This document shows, piece after piece, positions 8,594 to 11,733 of a stretch of DNA of 11,733 nucleotides (the stretch's first letter is position 1; every line of letters starts with the position of its first letter). The notes beneath the pieces were generated by a model, which saw nothing but the letters and a program-made list of their open reading frames with translations, was not told the DNA's origin and did not search any database. Source of the DNA: a bacterium (GTDB taxonomy: Bacteria > Methylomirabilota > Methylomirabilia > CAVQYV01); assembly GCA_043800755.1 (NCBI GenBank), contig JAZDMQ010000085.1, forward strand, positions 1 to 11,733. Reading direction: 5' to 3'. The position numbers were made by a program, and so were the translations under genes.

Positions 8594-8812
8594 TCACTCC
8601 CGAAGAACCGATTTGAGTCCCGTCGGGTTCATTTTCGCATACCTCCTGGTGGTGTTGGGCCTCGTGTGTCCGAGAAACTCCTGAACCCTGTCCATCCCCT
8701 TCGCTTTGACCTCAAAGGTGAGGGGGTGGCTCTTCAGGAATTCTTTGAGTACGGTTGATTTCACCTCCTCGATGATTTTCTCGGCAATCTCCGAGGGTTT
8801 TCGGTTGTCCAT
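8594..8812 (-). pseudogene. Tyrosine recombinase/integrase C-terminal remnant within a 72-aa ORF
   Basis: The C-terminal part RVQEFLGHTRPNTTRRYA matches the LGH-x5-T-x2-Y box II with the catalytic Tyr. The HxxR motif and the rest of the catalytic domain are absent. It lies directly next to the ssrA 3' end and points toward it. Confidence 0.65.
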
Positions 8813-8912
8813 GCCGGATGATCTTCCTCTTGCTTCCTTGCTGATGCTTACTACCTGGGGAATTCCTTGTGTTCTGCCTCATAGGCGTCTCCTTTGCCTA
8901 TGAATCTTATAG

Positions 8913-8968
8913 AAAAGTGTTACCCATGTCCCCAGAATACTTTGTTTACCTATGTCTCCGTTCGGTCA
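8913..8968. mobile_element. IS481-like terminal end (isolated remnant)
   Basis: Two tandem imperfect repeats, TGTTACCCATGTCCCC (8918-8933) and TGTTTACCTATGTCTCC (8943-8959), end in ..TTCGGTCA. This resembles IS481-family ends as I recall them. No transposase is present in the window. Confidence 0.5.
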
Positions 8969-9401
8969 TGTCGGTTGCCGCACCAAAGACGGACCACTTG
9001 CCGAGATAGCGTGCGATGGCCACCTTGTTAACTTGATGCCACTCAGACTTCGCATCAGTCTTGCTCACGGCAGACACCATTGTGCTTGCGACAACCTTGC
9101 TTGGGACGATGTAGTACTCGATGACTTCGGCGTCCTTCTTGGAGTGAATGTTCACGAGCACGTAGATGTGCGTCTTGGAGTGGATTTCACGGGCCTTGGC
9201 CCCCACAAGCCAGAATGAGGCTGGCTTGGCGTTCGTCTTTACCTGAACCGAGTACGTGCGTTTGCACTTCTGATCGGTGACCAGAATATCGGCACCAATG
9301 GCGCTACGTGAAGTTGGCGAAGCAATGAAGCCCAGGCGCGATAGCTCAGACGCAACCAAATAGACACCGCGCATCCCAGTGAGGTGGCCGTTGACTCGCA
9401 C
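8946..9401 (-). CDS. PD-(D/E)xK-superfamily nuclease-like protein (151 aa), probable cassette gene
   Basis: GTG start follows AAGGAG. An N-terminal helix (GVYLVASELSRLGF) precedes ADILV...SVQVKT, a D...QxK variant of the PD-(D/E)xK motif. The start lies 17 nt downstream of the attC R' box. Confidence 0.75.
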   Translation of the reverse strand: MRVNGHLTGMRGVYLVASELSRLGFIASPTSRSAIGADILVTDQKCKRTYSVQVKTNAKPASFWLVGAKAREIHSKTHIYVLVNIHSKKDAEVIEYYIVPSKVVASTMVSAVSKTDAKSEWHQVNKVAIARYLGKWSVFGAATDMTERRHR

Positions 9402-9417
9402 GAATGCTCCTTGTGCA

Positions 9418-9483
9418 ACCTAACATGATGGTCACCGGCGTGGCGCGCTGTTTTGCCACGTCCGGTGCACCTACTCGTTGGGC
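9418..9483 (-). other. Integron attC recombination site (66 bp)
   Basis: The minus strand reads GCCCAAC (R'', RYYYAAC) GAGTA GGT[G]CACCGG[A]CGTGGC AAAACAGCGC GCCACG CCGGTGACC ATCAT GTTAGGT (R', GTTRRRY). It forms a perfect stem with two extrahelical bases and unpaired 5-nt spacers. Confidence 0.85.
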
Positions 9484-9560
9484 AATGGTCATGACTTTCC
9501 TGGCAAGGATGTCAATAGTCATCTACCTCCCAGGCATCGCCCCTCTCCTTTTTGCATGCA

Positions 9561-11321
9561 TCACCGCTCCTTGACCATCGTCCAGAGAGCCTTAATCGCA
9601 TTCCAGGAGAATGACGCCGTCGTATCGGGAAGACCGAGGGACCTTTTCAGAGCCAGCATCCGAGGCTTCATGGGTGGCATTTCGGCTGCATCTATGGTCG
9701 CTTCGATGACCGCCGGAGTAGATTTCATTAGGGCCTCCTTCACAATAGGGCCGATCTCCGAAGGGTTGTCGGTGCGGTACCCTTCGGCACCCAGTGCCCT
9801 GGCCGCGAGAACAAAGTCTGTATCCGAAAAAGTGGATGATATATAACGACTCTGGTAACTCACGCTTTGAATGTCGTGGATCATGCCGAGCTGGCTGTTC
9901 TTCAGAACTATCCATAAGACGGGGATTTTGTGGGCTGCGGCCGTAGCTACCTCCATGCCCGTCATATGAAAATCCCCATCTCCACAGAAACAGACAGTGG
10001 GGTTTTGCGGGCTCCCCAGTTTGCCTCCGATACACGCTGCAACGGCCGATCCCATAGCCGCGAGGCCTGAAGCGGCGACAAAGCGACCCTCGGAATAGGC
10101 TTGAAAACAGCGCTCGGCCCAGGTCAAGGTGTTTCCTATGTCGGCAAACACGATGACATCCCGGGGCAGAACCTCGCGAAGTTCCTTCATAAGGCGCTGC
10201 GGTTTCATGGGAATCGCATCAGAGAGCATTGAATCTTCCCGAAAATACTCATGGTTGTTTTTGAATGAGCCGAGTTCGTCGCCTTTGCGCCGCGGCCCGC
10301 TCAACTCGGCTACCAGACTCTTCAAAACCGCTCCTGCATCGCCAACGAGTCCGAGAGTGACCGGGTAGTTCTTGCCTATTTCCGTGGGGTCGATATCAAT
10401 TTGAATGAGGGCTTTGGATGGAGCGAAAGCAGGATCCCAGCAGTGGGACGTGAATTCATGAAAACTGGCGCCAACTGAGAGGAGCACATCTATGCCTGAT
10501 TTGAGGTAACTGTTTGCGGCGCGAGTGCCGTAGAGGCCGACGCACCCCAGCGATAGAGGGTGATCTTCGGGAAAGAGACCTTTCGCCCTCAGCGTGGTCG
10601 CGACCGGTATGGCAAGTCCTTCTGCCAGCCTTAGGAGATTCTCCTCTTGGCGACTGGCGGCGGCGCCGTAGCCGGCAAGTATTGCAGGTTTGGCCGCATT
10701 CTTGAGCAGCTCAAAGGCTGTCTTCACGTGGGCGACGTTCACGGAGTCTCCCCAGGAAACGCGATAGGCAGAGACCGGGAGCAGGTCTGCTTCTACGACT
10801 TCAGCCTGAACGTCGGCAGGGAGGTTAATATGAACGGGACCCGGTCGCCCTGAAAGGGCCACCCGTAAGGCGCGGCGAATAGTATCTGCCATGTTTTTGG
10901 CCCGTATCTCCATGATGTTCATCTTTGTGATTTTTTCGAAGAGAGCAACTTGGTCTACGGTCCGGCCAACGCCTGCCGCTTCCTGCAGGGCGCCTTTGCC
11001 GATAGCGGTAGTACCAACTTGTGCGGTCAAAACGAGGAGCGGGACCGAATCCATATACGCCGAGGCGACTCCGGTCACCAGATTGGTGGCCCCGGGGCCT
11101 ACCGTTCCGCAGCAGACGCCTATTTTGCCAGACGTGACGGCATATCCATAGGCCATGAGCGCGGCGCCCGCTTCATGCTTTGTCAGAATCGCTTTGATGG
11201 TGCTGCTCTTGTAAAGTGCGTCATAAAACGGTAGGAGATGACCCCCGGGGACGCCAAACACATACTCAACGCCCTCTTGCTCAAGGTATTTCACTATGAT
11301 CTCCGCGGATGAACCTTTCAT
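9561..11321 (-). CDS. Thiamine-diphosphate-dependent enzyme, acetolactate synthase large subunit-like (586 aa)
   Basis: ATG at 11321 follows TAAGGAGG. Motifs include GVEYVFGVPGG, KHEAGA (catalytic Glu), GPGATNLVTG, GRPGPVHINLPADV, IQIDIDP and the ThDP/Mg motif GDGDF..x..N. Confidence 0.93.
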   Translation of the reverse strand: MKGSSAEIIVKYLEQEGVEYVFGVPGGHLLPFYDALYKSSTIKAILTKHEAGAALMAYGYAVTSGKIGVCCGTVGPGATNLVTGVASAYMDSVPLLVLTAQVGTTAIGKGALQEAAGVGRTVDQVALFEKITKMNIMEIRAKNMADTIRRALRVALSGRPGPVHINLPADVQAEVVEADLLPVSAYRVSWGDSVNVAHVKTAFELLKNAAKPAILAGYGAAASRQEENLLRLAEGLAIPVATTLRAKGLFPEDHPLSLGCVGLYGTRAANSYLKSGIDVLLSVGASFHEFTSHCWDPAFAPSKALIQIDIDPTEIGKNYPVTLGLVGDAGAVLKSLVAELSGPRRKGDELGSFKNNHEYFREDSMLSDAIPMKPQRLMKELREVLPRDVIVFADIGNTLTWAERCFQAYSEGRFVAASGLAAMGSAVAACIGGKLGSPQNPTVCFCGDGDFHMTGMEVATAAAHKIPVLWIVLKNSQLGMIHDIQSVSYQSRYISSTFSDTDFVLAARALGAEGYRTDNPSEIGPIVKEALMKSTPAVIEATIDAAEMPPMKPRMLALKRSLGLPDTTASFSWNAIKALWTMVKER

Positions 11322-11385
11322 GTCGTTCCTCCTTAACAAATGGAAGGTTTTGTCAAAACGCTTCCTTCCTTTTTCATGCCCAAGT

Positions 11386-11478
11386 GCCCAATGCGGAGCT
11401 AAGCGGCGGAACGAGCGTGCAGGGCCGCGTAGCGGCACATGCAGGCGTAGTGCTGACCGTTTCAGCGATTTGTTGGCG
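11386..11478 (-). other. Degenerate integron attC site (93 bp)
   Basis: The minus strand reads CGCCAAC AAATC GCT[G]AAACGG ... TGCA..GCCGC TAC GCGGC..TGCA ... CCGCTTAGC TCCGC ATTGGGC. The L boxes and central hairpin are typical, but R' reads ATT instead of GTT. Confidence 0.7.
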
Positions 11479-11551
11479 CCGTGCGAATCAGCGCGCGAGG
11501 CATTTATTTATATAATAATGTACGAGTCGGAACATCACTTTTGTTATCACT

Positions 11552-11594
11552 GCGCCAACAAGGAGCGCAAAAGCGATAGCTTAGCTCCGCATTG
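11552..11594 (+). repeat. Inverted, internally shortened copy of the 11386-11478 attC-like site
   Basis: GCGCCAACAA (11552-11561) is the reverse complement of 11470-11479. GCTTAGCTCCGCATTG (11579-11594) is the exact reverse complement of 11389-11404. Confidence 0.75.
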
Positions 11595-11733
11595 CCGACG
11601 CGCGCAGCGCGGCGGCAACAATGATTATACTGGATCGGTTTATTCCCTCGATTTGTGTTTAACGGTACTATATTTTAAGCAAAGAAACAATAATTTCCGA
11701 ATGATTATCTTCTTGATTTCCGTAAATGATCCA

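Noticed and set aside
8594-8700. Integrase remnant interpreted as the integron integrase (IntI) for the attC sites
   Set aside because: It lies downstream of and co-oriented with the cassettes, whereas intI is normally upstream and usually divergent. The fragment is too short to show the IntI-specific insertion, so an ssrA-targeting island integrase is more likely.
8918-8959. Possible CRISPR repeats
   Set aside because: There are only two imperfect 16-17 nt copies 9 nt apart, with no spacer-sized gaps and no cas genes.
11330-11356. sigma70 promoter from the TTGACA just upstream of the ThDP gene
   Set aside because: There is no credible -10 at 16-18 nt; that position falls on the RBS.
11322-11438. 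39-aa N-terminal extension of the ThDP enzyme ORF
   Set aside because: It begins inside the attC-like site. TAAGGAGG before ATG 11321 marks the real start.

Overview
The window has two parts. Positions 1-8500 look like GC-rich core chromosome: the start of a YtxH-like gene, a DUF948-like gene, tRNA-Leu(GAG), an exported TPR/CARDB-like protein, a DUF6282-type amidohydrolase-fold protein, an exported FG-GAP/VCBS protein, a thiolase, an orphan LivJ/LivK-type solute-binding protein and tmRNA (ssrA, tag ANLSELPLAA). Positions 8500-11733 look like a decayed accessory island at the ssrA 3' end. It holds a C-terminal tyrosine-recombinase fragment, an IS481-like terminal end, and two integron attC-like sites on the minus strand (9418-9483 and 11386-11478). 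These sites delimit a ~1.97 kb cassette-like unit carrying a 586-aa ThDP-dependent (acetolactate synthase-like) enzyme, followed by a second cassette-like unit with a PD-(D/E)xK nuclease-like gene. A partial inverted copy of the upstream attC sits at 11552-11594. No integron integrase is visible in the window. All protein family calls come from reading motifs by eye, not from database searches.
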